The notes: generated from the sequence alone by a model not told the origin. A stretch of DNA of 64,000 nucleotides from an uncultured Acidobacteriota bacterium (GCA_963805975.1 CAWDVR010000001.1:1312001-1376000), one strand, 5' to 3'. Counted from the stretch's first letter, positions 1 through 10,000 are shown. Program-made: numbers and translations.

Positions 1-543
1 GAGGAGACCGGCTGCGAGGTCGACATCGAGGACTCGGGCAAGGTGGTCATCGCCTCACCGGACGAGCAGGCGGCGCAGCGCGCCATCCAGATGATCGAGC
101 GTCTCACCGAGGTGCCGGAGATCGGCCGGGTGTACACCGGCACCGTGCGGCGCATCGAGAGCTTCGGCGCCTTCGTCGAGATCCTCCCCGGCACCGACGG
201 CCTGCTCCACATCAGCGAGGTCGCCCCCTACCGCGTGCGCGAGGTGAGCGACGTGCTGAAGGAGGGTGAGGAGATCCAGGTCAAGGTGCTGTCGATCGAC
301 GAGACCGGCAGGATCCGCCTGTCGCGCAAGGCGGTGATCATGGAAGCGCCGGACTTCAACGCCGCCGACTACGCCGGCATGGACGCCGCCGTCGAGCCGC
401 GTACGGGCTCCGACCGCGGGGACTCCGATCGCGGCGGCCGCGATCGCCGGCCGGGCGGCCCCCCGCGGGGCGGCAGCCGGGACCGCGGACGGGGCGGGAA
501 CGGTGGCGGCGGAGGCCGTCCGCCCCGCGAGCAGCGCGGGTGA
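1..543 (+). CDS. pnp: Polyribonucleotide nucleotidyltransferase, 3' part (KH end, S1 domain, RG-rich tail); 5' truncated by window edge
   Basis: EETGCEVDIEDSGKVVI (KH) then S1 motif YTGTVRRIESFGAFVEILPGTDGLLHISE. Confidence 0.95.
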   Translation, partial: EETGCEVDIEDSGKVVIASPDEQAAQRAIQMIERLTEVPEIGRVYTGTVRRIESFGAFVEILPGTDGLLHISEVAPYRVREVSDVLKEGEEIQVKVLSIDETGRIRLSRKAVIMEAPDFNAADYAGMDAAVEPRTGSDRGDSDRGGRDRRPGGPPRGGSRDRGRGGNGGGGGRPPREQRG

Positions 544-546
544 TCT

Positions 547-1318
547 GTGACCCCCGCCGGCATCGACTGCGAGGCCCTCGTCGCCTATCTCGACGAGTAC
601 CTGCAAGCCGGCCGGGGGCGTGACTTCGGCCCCAACGGGCTCCAGGTCGAGGGAGCCCGCCGCATCAACCATCTGGTGACCGGCGTCTCCTCCTGCCTCC
701 CGCTCTTCGAGAGTGCGGCCGAGGTGGGCGCCGACGCCGTTCTCGTCCACCACGGCCTGCTGTGGGACAACGAGCCCCGCGTCCTCACCGGCGTGCAGTT
801 CCGGCGCGTCGAGGCCCTGATCCGCCACGGCCTCCACCTCCTGGCCTACCATCTGCCCCTCGACCGGCATCCGGAAGTGGGCAACAACGCGGTGGCCGCC
901 GGGCTGCTGGGGTTGGTCGACGTCGAGCCGTTCGCGCCCTTCGACGGCCTGCCCCTGGGCTTCGCCGGCCGCTTCTCCGCAACCGATCTCGCCCGGCGAG
1001 CTCCTGGCACGCTGCTCCGACGTCTTCGAGCAGGCGCCGCTCGCCTTCACCTACGGCCCCGAGCGCGTCTCTTCGTTGGGCATCGTCTCCGGCGGCGCGC
1101 AGCGCGAGCTCCACGCCGCCATCCGCCAGGGCCTCGACGCCTACGTGACCGGCGAAGCTTCCGAGTGGGTGATGAACGTGGCGCGCGAGGCCGGCATCCA
1201 CTACCTCGCCTGCGGCCACTACGCCACCGAGCGGCTCGGCGTCCGCGCCCTGGGCGAGCACCTGGCCGAGCGCTTCGGCATCGAAGTGACGTTCATCGAC
1301 GTACCGAACCCCGTCTAA
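547..1318 (+). CDS. Nif3-like dinuclear metal centre protein (YbgI family), frameshifted near 980
   Basis: N-half NGLQVEG, LVHHG, YHLPLDRHPEVGNN in ORF 547; C-half YVTGE, GHYATER, FIDVPNPV in ORF ending 1318. Confidence 0.9.
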
Positions 1319-1332
1319 GCGCGCGACGCGGG

Positions 1333-1711
1333 CTAGTTCACGTAGGCGAAGCCGTCGCTGCTGGCACCCCAGTGCAGCCCCACGATCCGCGGCTCGTCTT
1401 CAGCCGAGACCAGCGCCGAGCCCGAGTCTCCAGGAGCCGTCAACTCGATCGTCTGCCAGCGGATCTGCTTTTTCATGGTGAGCTCACCACAGCAGAAGCC
1501 GCCTTGGCTCGGTGGCGGAGCCTCCACCGTGAAGTTCACGCTCTCGATGATCCCGGTGGTGAGGCCGGTGGTCCGGCCGCTCTTCTGTACTTGATCGCCG
1601 GGCGCCCCCGTTGACGAGGCGCACCGGAGCTTCCCGCTCCACGCGGACCGGCACACCTTCGAGGGCCGGCGGTAGGGCGGGGAGCGATCCGGTCTCGCTC
1701 GCGAGGAGCAC
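1333..1711 (-). pseudogene. Remnant of a chymotrypsin-like (Nal1-type) serine protease
   Basis: VQKSGRTTGLTTG...PGDSGS...IVGLHWG in one frame; LPPALEGVPVRV in another frame just upstream; His/Asp-bearing middle absent. Confidence 0.6.
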
Positions 1712-1811
1712 GAACTCCAGGTGAGGAGGCGCTTACGGTTCTCTACCGGCCGTCGCCGGCCTTCGCTAGGATGGCTTCCTGATGCCCCGACCGATCGAGG
1801 GAGGCTTTCCC

Positions 1812-2564
1812 ATGGCACGGCCTATCAAGCGACTCGTTGTTCTCGCAGGGCTGGCGCTTCTCCTGCCTTTACCGGCAGCTCGCGGCACGGAGGAGGTTTC
1901 CGACCTCCTCCGCCGCCAGACCCAGGAGATGCTCGACGCGGTTGCCGTGGGCGGGGCCACGGTCTGGGAGCGCTACCTCGACCCCAAGGCGGCCTACACC
2001 GCGGAGGACGGCACGGTCTACACCAAGTCGAAGCTGGTAGAGGGCATCAAGCCGCTGCCGGAGGGCGTGTCCGGCACCATCCGGGTGATCGACTTCCAGG
2101 CCACGGTCCACGGAAACGTGGCGATCGCCAACTACGTGGCCGACGAGCACGAGGACTACCACGGCCACGAGCTGCACTGCCAGTACCGGAACACCGATAC
2201 CTGGCTTCAGACTCCCGAGGGCTGGCGACTGATCGCCGCCCAGGCCCTGGCGCTGCGCACTGACCCGCCCGCGGTGCCGCTCACCGACCGCCAGATGGAC
2301 GAGTATGTGGGTCGCTATGCGCTGACGCCGTCCATCACCTACGAGATCCGCCGCAAGGGCGATGGCCTCGAAGGCCAGCAGGTGGGCCGCCCCGCGGAAG
2401 AGCTGCGTGCCGAGGCACCGGACGTGCTCTTCGTGCCCGGCAGGCCCCGGTACCGCAGGATCTTCCAGCGCGGGCCGGACGACGGCATCACGGCCTTCGC
2501 CGAGCGCCGTGAGGCCTGGGACCTCGGCTGGAAGCGGCTGCCCCCTACTCCGCCGCCTTCCTGA
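1812..2564 (+). CDS. Secreted NTF2-like/DUF4440 protein with DUF3471-like C-terminal domain
   Basis: Signal peptide; RNTDTWLQTPEGWRLIAAQ NTF2 end; MDEYVGRYAL start of second domain. Confidence 0.75.
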   Translation: MARPIKRLVVLAGLALLLPLPAARGTEEVSDLLRRQTQEMLDAVAVGGATVWERYLDPKAAYTAEDGTVYTKSKLVEGIKPLPEGVSGTIRVIDFQATVHGNVAIANYVADEHEDYHGHELHCQYRNTDTWLQTPEGWRLIAAQALALRTDPPAVPLTDRQMDEYVGRYALTPSITYEIRRKGDGLEGQQVGRPAEELRAEAPDVLFVPGRPRYRRIFQRGPDDGITAFAERREAWDLGWKRLPPTPPPS

Positions 2565-3330
2565 ACAACCGGAAGAAGTTCGCCGTCGTCCGGGCCGCCA
2601 TCTGCTCGAAGGTCTCGCCGCATTCCTCGGCCAGCCGCTGACCTACTTCCCACACGTAGGCCGGGCGGTTGGGCTTGCCGCGGTAGGGGATCGGCGCCAG
2701 GTACGGAGTGTCGGTCTCGATGAGCGCGCGGTCGGAAGGCAGGGCGGGGATCACCTCGCGAACGTTGTCGGCCCGGGGAAAGGTGATCATGCCGGAGAGG
2801 CCCAGGTAGAAGCCGCGCTCGATCAGCTCGCGGCCCATCGCGAGGCCGCCGGCGAAGGAGTGGAAGTCGGCCTGGAGGTCGGCGAACTCGGGCCGCCGCA
2901 CCATCTCCAGCATCGCCTCGTTGCTGTCGCGGTTGTGGACCACCACCGGCAAGCCCAGCTCGATGGCGAGCGACCATTGCTGGGCGAGCGCACGCTCCTG
3001 CACGTCCCGCGGCGAGTGGTCGTAGTAGAAGTCGAGGCCACACTCCCCCACCGCCACGGCCTTGGGGTCCACGAGCAAGCCTCGCAGGCGCTCACGGCTG
3101 TCATCCTGCCAGCTCGAAGCGTCGTGGGGATGGACACCGAGCGCGCACCACACGTCCGGGTGGCGGTGGCAGAAGGCGAGGATGTCCTCGGCATCTTCCA
3201 GTCGCACGGCCGGCAGCAGGAAGCCGTGGACACCGCGCGCCCGCGCCTCGTCGAGAGCGCGCTCGCGTTCGTCAGGAGGTAGGTTCTGCAGGTGGCAGTG
3301 GGAATCGACGAGAGTCGGCGCGTCGCTCAC
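2545..3330 (-). CDS. tatD: TatD family hydrolase
   Basis: DSHCH, GVHPH, VGECGLD, ETDTPYLAP; GTG start overlaps metG stop (GTGA). Confidence 0.93.
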   Translation of the reverse strand: MSDAPTLVDSHCHLQNLPPDERERALDEARARGVHGFLLPAVRLEDAEDILAFCHRHPDVWCALGVHPHDASSWQDDSRERLRGLLVDPKAVAVGECGLDFYYDHSPRDVQERALAQQWSLAIELGLPVVVHNRDSNEAMLEMVRRPEFADLQADFHSFAGGLAMGRELIERGFYLGLSGMITFPRADNVREVIPALPSDRALIETDTPYLAPIPYRGKPNRPAYVWEVGQRLAEECGETFEQMAARTTANFFRLFRKAAE

Positions 3331-5232
3331 CGCACCCGCGTCCCGTTGGGCACCGGCTTCTCGGGCGCCAGCAGGATGGCGCCGTCGCCGGGCGAGGCCG
3401 CGAGCACCATGCCCTGCGACTCGACGCCCATGAGCTTCGCCGGCTGCAGGTTGGCGACGATCACCACCTGCCGTCCGACCAGGCTCTCGGGCGTGTATTG
3501 CAAGGCGATGCCGGCCACCACGGTGCGCTGCTCGTCCCCCAGGTCCACGGTGAGCTTTACCAGCTTCTGGCTCTTCGGCACCGGCTCGGCGGCGAGCACC
3601 GTGGCCACCTTGAGCTGCGTTTCCATGAACTGATCGATGGTGATCATGGGACCTTTCTCGGCCGCCGGGGACTTGGCGGCGGCAGCCTCCGCGAGGTAGG
3701 CCGCCTTGTCGATGCGCGGGAAGAGAGGCGAGGGCGACGGCAGCGGTGCGCTGGTGGGGGTGCCGCCCCAGGCCAGCGCCTCGAGGTCCGTGGGCGCCTC
3801 GGCGGTGCCCACCGCGCGGAGCACGGCGGCGGCGGTCGTGGGGATGAACGGCAGCAGGCCGGTGGCCACGATGCGCGTCGCCTCGAGCCCGTTCCACAGG
3901 ATGCGCGAGAGCCGCGTCCTTCTCCTCCTCGCGGCCGATCAGCTTCCAGGGCTCGCGCTGCACGATGTACTGGTTGGTCTCGGCGAGCAGGCGCCACAGC
4001 GCTTCGAGCGCCCGGCTGAAGGCCGGCTCGTCCATCGCGCTCCGGTACTCGGCCGCCACCTCCGCCGCCACCGCGATCAGCGGGTTGTCGTCGCAGGCCT
4101 CGGGCGGGGTCTGGTCGTCGAACGCCCGGCGGGACAGGGTGACGACGCGGCTCACGGTGTTGCCGAGGTCGTTCGCCAAGTCGCTGTTGAAGCGGTCGAT
4201 GAACGCTTCGTCGGAGAAGCTCGCGTCCTGCCCGAAGACCATGTCGCGCAGCAGGAAATAGCGCAGCGCATCCACGCCGAAGCGGCGCGTGAGCTCGTCC
4301 GGGCGCACCACGTTGCCCACCGACTTCGACATCTTCTTGGCGTCGCGCAGCCACCAGCCGTGGGCCCATACCTGGGTGGGGAGCGGCAGGCAGGCCGACA
4401 TCAGGAAGGCCGGCCAGTACACGGCGTGGTGGCGGAGGATGTCCTTGCCGATCACGTGCTGGCGGGCGTCGCCCTCGGCCCAGAAGCGCTTGTAGCGCTC
4501 GTCCTCGACCGGCTGGCCGAAGCCCAGGGCGCTGATGTAGTTGGTCAGGGCGTCCAGCCAGACGTAGACCCGGTGCGGCGGATGACCCGGGAACGGCAGG
4601 CCCCAGGTGAGCGCCGTGCGGGACACCGAGAGATCCTTGAGGCCGCCGGCGACGAAGGCCCGCACCTCGTTGGCGCGCACCCGCGGCCGGACCGGCTGCG
4701 CCTCGCTGTCGTACCACTCGAGCAGGCGGTCCTGGTACTTCGAGAGGCGGAAGAAGAGGTTCTCCTCCTCCTGCTTCTCGACCGGCGTCTCGTGCACCGG
4801 GCAGCGCTGGCCGGAGAGCAGCTCTTTCTCCGTGTAGTAGGTCTCGCACTGCACGCAGTACCAGCCCTCGTGCCGGGCGAGGTAGAGGTCGCCGGCCGCG
4901 TCGATGCGGCGGATGATCTCCGCCACCCCGGCCGCGTGCCGGGGCTCGGTGGTGCGGATGAAGTCATCGTGCGAGATGCCCAGCTCGCGCCACAGCTCGT
5001 GGTAGCGCTGGACCACGCGATCGGCCAAGGCGAGCGGCGCGATGCCCTCGGCGGCGGCGGCGCGCTCGATCTTCTGGCCGTGCTCGTCGGTGCCGGTCAG
5101 GAAGCGGGTCTGGTCGCCCGCCAGGCGGCGATAGCGGGACCAGGTGTCGGCCACCACCGTGGTGTAGATGTGCCCGATGTGGGGCAGATCGTTGACGTAG
5201 TAGATGGGTGTGGTGAGGTAGAAGGTGCTCAT
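3327..5232 (-). CDS. metG: Methionine--tRNA ligase with C-terminal tRNA-binding domain; frameshift near 3915-3925
   Basis: FYLTTPIYYVN, HIGH, KMSKS; C-terminal EMAP-like domain in ORF 3327..3869. Confidence 0.95.
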
Positions 5233-5285
5233 GGCCCTCTCGTGGATCTCGGCGCTGGGCTGAAAAACCGCGCCATCCTAGCAGC

Positions 5286-6200
5286 TCAAGCGTCCGCGAC
5301 CTCCGCCGACCGGTACTCGTACTGCTCGCCGCAGAAGGCGCACTCGACGGCGATCCTGTCCTGCTCGTCGTGGAGCGGCTCGCTCTCGCTCCTGGCGATC
5401 GCCACCAGGTAGGCGCGGATGCGCTCGCGGCTGCAACGGCAGCGATAGGAGAGGGTGACCGCTCCGTGCCGCTCGGGCGCGAGGTCCTTCAAGGCGAGGC
5501 CGATCACCGCTTCGAGCCCGCCCTCGGCCAGCACCCGGCTCACCCCGCTCAAGCCCGCCCCGGTAAAGCCCTTGAGGTTCGTCTCCAGGGCGGTGACGGC
5601 CGAGCCCGGTGTGCCGGGCAGCGCTTCGAGCATCATGCCGCCGGCGGCCGTGACGCCGCTGGGCTGGGCCAGGACGCCGACCAGCACCGCCGACTGCGTC
5701 TGCTCGCTCTGCTCGAGGTAGTGCGCCAGGTCCTCGCCGATCTCGCCGGAGACCAGGGCGACCTCGCTCTGATAGCGCCGGTTGTCCGGCTCCTCGCGGA
5801 TCACCCGCAGCACGCCCACCCCCACCGCCGTGCCCACCGCGAGCTTGCCGTCGCTCTTGTGCGGCACGTCGACCCGCGGGTTGCCGACCATGCCGCGCAG
5901 GTTGCCGTGGTGGTCCACCTCTGCCACCACGCCGCCGAGCGGCCCGTCGCCCTTGATCTCGAGGATCAGGCGGCTCGGCGTCTTGAGCGCCATGCGCAAC
6001 AGGAGCACGGCACCGGTGAGCGCGCGACCGAGCGCCGCGGCGGCGACCGGCGAGAGGTCCAGCCGCGCCCGCGCGGCCTCGACCACCGCGGAGAGGTCCA
6101 CCGCTGCCCAGCGCAGGTCGCCGTGGTGCGCCAGGCCCTGCTCCAAGGTGCCGGTGGCGAAGGGCGCCCGCCAACCGGAGTCGTCTTCCCGCTCTTCCAA
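5286..6200 (-). CDS. hslO: Hsp33 redox-regulated chaperone
   Basis: GEIGEDLAHYLEQSEQ, CRCSRER and CAFC zinc motifs. Confidence 0.92.
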   Translation of the reverse strand: MEEREDDSGWRAPFATGTLEQGLAHHGDLRWAAVDLSAVVEAARARLDLSPVAAAALGRALTGAVLLLRMALKTPSRLILEIKGDGPLGGVVAEVDHHGNLRGMVGNPRVDVPHKSDGKLAVGTAVGVGVLRVIREEPDNRRYQSEVALVSGEIGEDLAHYLEQSEQTQSAVLVGVLAQPSGVTAAGGMMLEALPGTPGSAVTALETNLKGFTGAGLSGVSRVLAEGGLEAVIGLALKDLAPERHGAVTLSYRCRCSRERIRAYLVAIARSESEPLHDEQDRIAVECAFCGEQYEYRSAEVADA

Positions 6201-6267
6201 GGCGCCTCCTCCGCAGCTCGCCAGGCGTCCGGCCCTCTGCAGGGGCTCTCTGGCAAGAAGGGGAACC

Positions 6268-6951
6268 CTACCAGGGCCGGCGCTCGCGAAGCGAGACCCA
6301 GCGCCCGAAGCCGCCGAGGATCAGATGATCGACCAGCCGAAGGCCCACGGTCTCGGCGGCCTCGGCCATGCGCCGGGTGAAGAGGTAGTCCTCGCCGCTG
6401 GGGCTCGGGTCGCCGCTCGGGTGGGTGTGGAAGAGGAGGAGCGCCGAGGCGTCGCGCAGGATCGCCTCCTTGAGCACCGCCCGCGGCTCGACAGCGGCGC
6501 GGTTGAGGGTGCCGCGGAAGACCTCCCGCTCGCCGATCAACTGGTTGCGCAGATCGAGAAAGAGCGCGCCCATCACCTCCTGCGGGATCGAGCAGTAGCG
6601 CATCACGAGGTAGTCCGCCACTTCGCGGGGTCGGGCGAGCGACACCTTCTGGGGCAGCTCCAGGCGGGCGAGGCGGCGGCCGATCTCGACCGCGGCCAGC
6701 ACGCTGGCGAGCTTGGCCCGGCCGAGGCCGGGGCAGGTCGCCCCCCCATCCCGCAAGCCACGGAGGCCGGCGAGACCGCCGGTCAGGCGCAACAGCTCCC
6801 GGCCCAGCTCGACCGCGGACGCGCCGGGCCGGCCGGTGCGCAGCAGCACCGCCACCAGCTCGGCGTCGGACAAGGAATGGCTGCCGTGCTCGAGCAGGCG
6901 CTCGCGGGGCCGGTCGTCGAGCGGCAGCTCGTGGATCATCAGGCTTTCCAT
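6268..6951 (-). CDS. radC: RadC/JAB domain protein
   Basis: RPRERLL, LSDAEL, HTHPSGDPSPSGED, DHLI. Confidence 0.93.
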   Translation of the reverse strand: MESLMIHELPLDDRPRERLLEHGSHSLSDAELVAVLLRTGRPGASAVELGRELLRLTGGLAGLRGLRDGGATCPGLGRAKLASVLAAVEIGRRLARLELPQKVSLARPREVADYLVMRYCSIPQEVMGALFLDLRNQLIGEREVFRGTLNRAAVEPRAVLKEAILRDASALLLFHTHPSGDPSPSGEDYLFTRRMAEAAETVGLRLVDHLILGGFGRWVSLRERRPW

Positions 6952-7014
6952 CGTGCTCTCTCCCTTCGAGAGAGAAAGACGGAAATCGCCCGCCCAGTCT
7001 TGCAGCGAGGGTCA

Positions 7015-7121
7015 CGGGAATCGGGGTGGGGCTGGGGGAGAGCCTGGGAGGAGCGCAGCGTGACCCGAAGGGGGCGTCGAGCACCGCACCGGGCTCTCCC
7101 CCAGCCCCACCCCGATTCCCG
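7015..7121. repeat. Perfect 30-bp inverted repeat (REP/MITE-like hairpin)
   Basis: 7015-7044 CGGGAATCGGGGTGGGGCTGGGGGAGAGCC is the exact reverse complement of 7092-7121. Confidence 0.9.
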
Positions 7122-7123
7122 CG

Positions 7124-7152
7124 TTGACTCCCTGCTCGTGCGCTGTTACAAC
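7124..7152 (+). promoter_or_regulatory. Sigma70-type promoter of speB
   Basis: TTGACT-N17-TACAAC with extended TG. Confidence 0.6.
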
Positions 7153-7194
7153 CTGCCGCCTGACCCGGAGGCGCCACCTGACCTGGAGACCGCG

Positions 7195-8082
7195 ATGGAC
7201 CTGACCCTGCCCGACAACTTCGCCCAGCTTCCGGAGGCCTACAGCACCTACGAGACCAGCCGCGTGGCCGTGCTGCCGGTGCCGTTCGAGCGCACCGTCT
7301 CCTACGGCAAGGGGACGGCCGAGGGGCCGCGGGCCATCGTCCGCGCCTCGCAGTTCGTCGAGACCTACGACGAGGAGCTGGGCTCCGAGCCCTTCCTCCA
7401 GGGCATCGCCACTCTCGACCCGTTCGAGCCGCCGGCCGAAGACCTCGCCGAGGCCCTGGCCGAGGTCGAAGCCGAGGCCCGGCGCCACCTCGCGGCGGGC
7501 AAGTTCCTGGTCACCCTGGGCGGCGAGCACAGCCTGAGCACGGCACCGATCCGCGCCGCGAGAGCGGTGTTCGGCGAGGTGGGAGTGGTGCAGTTCGACG
7601 CCCACGCCGACCTGCGCGACGAGTACGAGGGCACGCCCTGGAGCCACGCCTGCATCATGCGCCGGGTGCTGGAGCTGGGAGTGCCCACGCTCGCCGTGGG
7701 CATCCGCTCGCTGTCGACGCCCGAGGCCCGGCTGGTGACCGAGCGCGGCCTGCCGGTGATCTGGGGCCACGAGATGGCGCGGGCGGCCGAGCTCTTCGCG
7801 CCGCTCCTCGCCAGCCTGCCGGAGCGCATCTACCTCACCTTCGACGTCGATTACTTCGACCCTTCGCTCGTCCCCGCGACCGGCACTCCCGAGCCGGGCG
7901 GCGGCACCTGGTACCCGACCCTCGCACTCCTGCGCGAGCTGTTCCGCACCAAGACCGTGGTGGCCATGGACGTGGTCGAGCTGGCGCCCTTCGCCGAGCA
8001 GGCGGTGAGCGACTTCGTGGCCGCCAAGCTGATCTACAAGTGCCTGGGATACCTGCAAGAGAAGGAAACCGGCACGCCCTGA
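7195..8082 (+). CDS. speB: Agmatinase
   Basis: GGEHS, DAHAD, DVDYFDP, TGTPEPGG ureohydrolase motifs. Confidence 0.9.
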   Translation: MDLTLPDNFAQLPEAYSTYETSRVAVLPVPFERTVSYGKGTAEGPRAIVRASQFVETYDEELGSEPFLQGIATLDPFEPPAEDLAEALAEVEAEARRHLAAGKFLVTLGGEHSLSTAPIRAARAVFGEVGVVQFDAHADLRDEYEGTPWSHACIMRRVLELGVPTLAVGIRSLSTPEARLVTERGLPVIWGHEMARAAELFAPLLASLPERIYLTFDVDYFDPSLVPATGTPEPGGGTWYPTLALLRELFRTKTVVAMDVVELAPFAEQAVSDFVAAKLIYKCLGYLQEKETGTP

Positions 8083-8109
8083 GTGGGCTCGGCGCGCCCG
8101 CTGGCCCCC

Positions 8110-9786
8110 TCACTGCTGTTTCTTGGGCTCCTTCATCATCAGGCTCGGGGTGTCCTCGCCGAGGGCCTCGCGGATCGCCTCGAGCCGCTGCATGATCTCT
8201 TCCTCGTCGGGCGGGATCATGTGGACCGCGGTCGTGGGATCGACCGTGGCGGCTTGCAGAGCGATCTCCGCCTCCGGCACCAGCCTTGCGGCGAAGGTCG
8301 GCTGCGGCGGCTTCTCCCGCAGCTTCGCCAGCCGCGCGAGGTTCGTGTCCAGGGCCGCCCGCCGCCCTTCCGGCAGCCGCGCGATGTGCTGGGCCGCCGC
8401 CTTGTCGGCGTCCATCCCCTTGTCCGCCGGGCGCGCGGCGACGGCGCTCGCCGGCACGGCGCTGGCAGCGGCCGGCACGTCCCACTGGAGGTGGATCTCA
8501 CCGGCGAACCAGGGATCTCCATCACCAGTAGCCGGGTTGTCGTCGAGGTTGATCGTCACCTTCACCAGATTGCTGCCCGGGTTGATGGTGACCGCGTAGG
8601 TCGAGTTGCGGGTGGCCTGCGTGCGGTCGGCGGCTGCGCTGTGCACCACGCTCGACGCCATGGGCTCGGACCGCCACGGCAGGACCAACTGCACCGATCG
8701 CTGGCTCAGGACCTGGACGCTTCTGCCGCAGTAGCCTTCGGAGAGCCGCTGGTGGAAGAAGACCGCCCACACCTCGTCCCTCGAGCCAGGCGTCGGCACC
8801 TGGATCGCCATGGCGAAGACCGGGTGCAGCTCGGTGGGTAGCCAGGAGTGGGCGCCGTCGAGGGAAAAGACCCCCACGGCCACTCCTTTCCTCGCGCCCA
8901 CCATGGCCCTCCGATCGTCGTCGCTGCCGGTGGCGAACTGGTGCCACCACGGGACGTGGTCGCGCGAGTACCGGTCCACGGTCTCCCCCGAGGAGAACTC
9001 GAGGGAGCGCGAGGCGGTGACCCGCGCCCCGTCCTCGGTGCGGGTCTGAAGCTTGAGGTTGTGGTCGCAGTCGATCCAGCAGCTATTGTGGTCGCTGTAG
9101 GAGAGCAGCCCCTGGAGGGTCGCCACTCCCCAGTTCATGTGGCCGCTCTCGATCGTGCACGCGTCGTGGACGACGCCACACGGCACTTCTGTGCCCGAGC
9201 TCCCGCAGGTCCGACTGCAGAGGAAATCTTTGGGCGGCGTTCCGGCAAGCGTGCAGTTGCACGGGCACAGGGCTCGCGTCGCGTTGAGCCACGGCGGACG
9301 CGACCACGCCGGGCGCATGGTGTCGGTGCAGGGCCACTCCCAGGGATGTCCGCACCGGTTCTTGGGGCTGCGCTCGATGTCGTCGCTGTTGGCGGCGATC
9401 TCCCAGGCCCAGTTGGGATTGAGCCAGTAGCCGTTGCGGTCGATTGCGGGGGTCTTCACGTCCCAGGGCTGCGCCGGGCGCCCGTCGATACAGACCTGGT
9501 GGCCGGAGAGGCAGCTCGTCCCGCACGGCTTGCCGCAGCAATAGCTCCCCATGCAGGTGAAGCCCGCGGCGCAGCAGTCCGCGCCGCAGGGACGGGTGCC
9601 CGAGCGGCAGATGCACTCCTCGTCCGGTCCGCAGCGCTGGGTCGGCCTGCAGCACGGGCCCAGGGGACCCCCGCAGGGGCTGGTGCCGACCGGGCACCAC
9701 CCGGGCGCCGCCCGGGTGACCGCGGGCAGCGCGAGCGAGAAGAGGACAAACAGGAGCGCGATTCGGATCGACCGCCAATGCCGCAT
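8110..9786 (-). CDS. Secreted cysteine-rich hypothetical protein (558 aa)
   Basis: Signal peptide, CG..CC repeats, SD AAGGAG upstream, natural composition. Confidence 0.75.
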   Translation of the reverse strand: MRHWRSIRIALLFVLFSLALPAVTRAAPGWCPVGTSPCGGPLGPCCRPTQRCGPDEECICRSGTRPCGADCCAAGFTCMGSYCCGKPCGTSCLSGHQVCIDGRPAQPWDVKTPAIDRNGYWLNPNWAWEIAANSDDIERSPKNRCGHPWEWPCTDTMRPAWSRPPWLNATRALCPCNCTLAGTPPKDFLCSRTCGSSGTEVPCGVVHDACTIESGHMNWGVATLQGLLSYSDHNSCWIDCDHNLKLQTRTEDGARVTASRSLEFSSGETVDRYSRDHVPWWHQFATGSDDDRRAMVGARKGVAVGVFSLDGAHSWLPTELHPVFAMAIQVPTPGSRDEVWAVFFHQRLSEGYCGRSVQVLSQRSVQLVLPWRSEPMASSVVHSAAADRTQATRNSTYAVTINPGSNLVKVTINLDDNPATGDGDPWFAGEIHLQWDVPAAASAVPASAVAARPADKGMDADKAAAQHIARLPEGRRAALDTNLARLAKLREKPPQPTFAARLVPEAEIALQAATVDPTTAVHMIPPDEEEIMQRLEAIREALGEDTPSLMMKEPKKQQ

Positions 9787-9968
9787 GACGATGCTCCTTC
9801 TGGGAGACTGCGTCTCTCGGGCCGGCCGCTCACGTCGATCGCTGCGTCGACAGAAGCCCGTCGCTCGAGCCTCAAGGGCCGCACTGCGCCCAGTCTCCCC
9901 AGTGCTTCGGATGCAAGTAGGTCAGGTTATCCTACTTCCCTGCAATGGAAGTCAACGCGGCCGCCCGC

Positions 9969-9993
9969 GAACTTTCGGCCCCGGCCTCTCGTC
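9969..9993 (+). promoter_or_regulatory. ECF sigma promoter (autoregulatory)
   Basis: GAACT-N16-CGTC ending 7 nt before ATG 10001 of the ECF gene. Confidence 0.65.
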
Positions 9994-10000
9994 TCTCCGG

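Noticed and set aside
380-543. RG-rich PNPase tail as a novel domain
   Set aside because: Disordered RG tails are common on PNPases of GC-rich bacteria.
2545-5232. Apparent 895-aa MetG-TatD fusion
   Set aside because: Artefact of a frameshift near 3920; the MetG C-terminus is in ORF 3327..3869 and tatD has its own GTG.
6268-6951. radC as a mobile-element marker
   Set aside because: Full-length chromosomal type in a housekeeping context with no integrase nearby.
7015-7194. Guanidine riboswitch upstream of the ureohydrolase
   Set aside because: No paired ACGR hairpins or ykkC consensus; the hairpin lies upstream of the predicted promoter.
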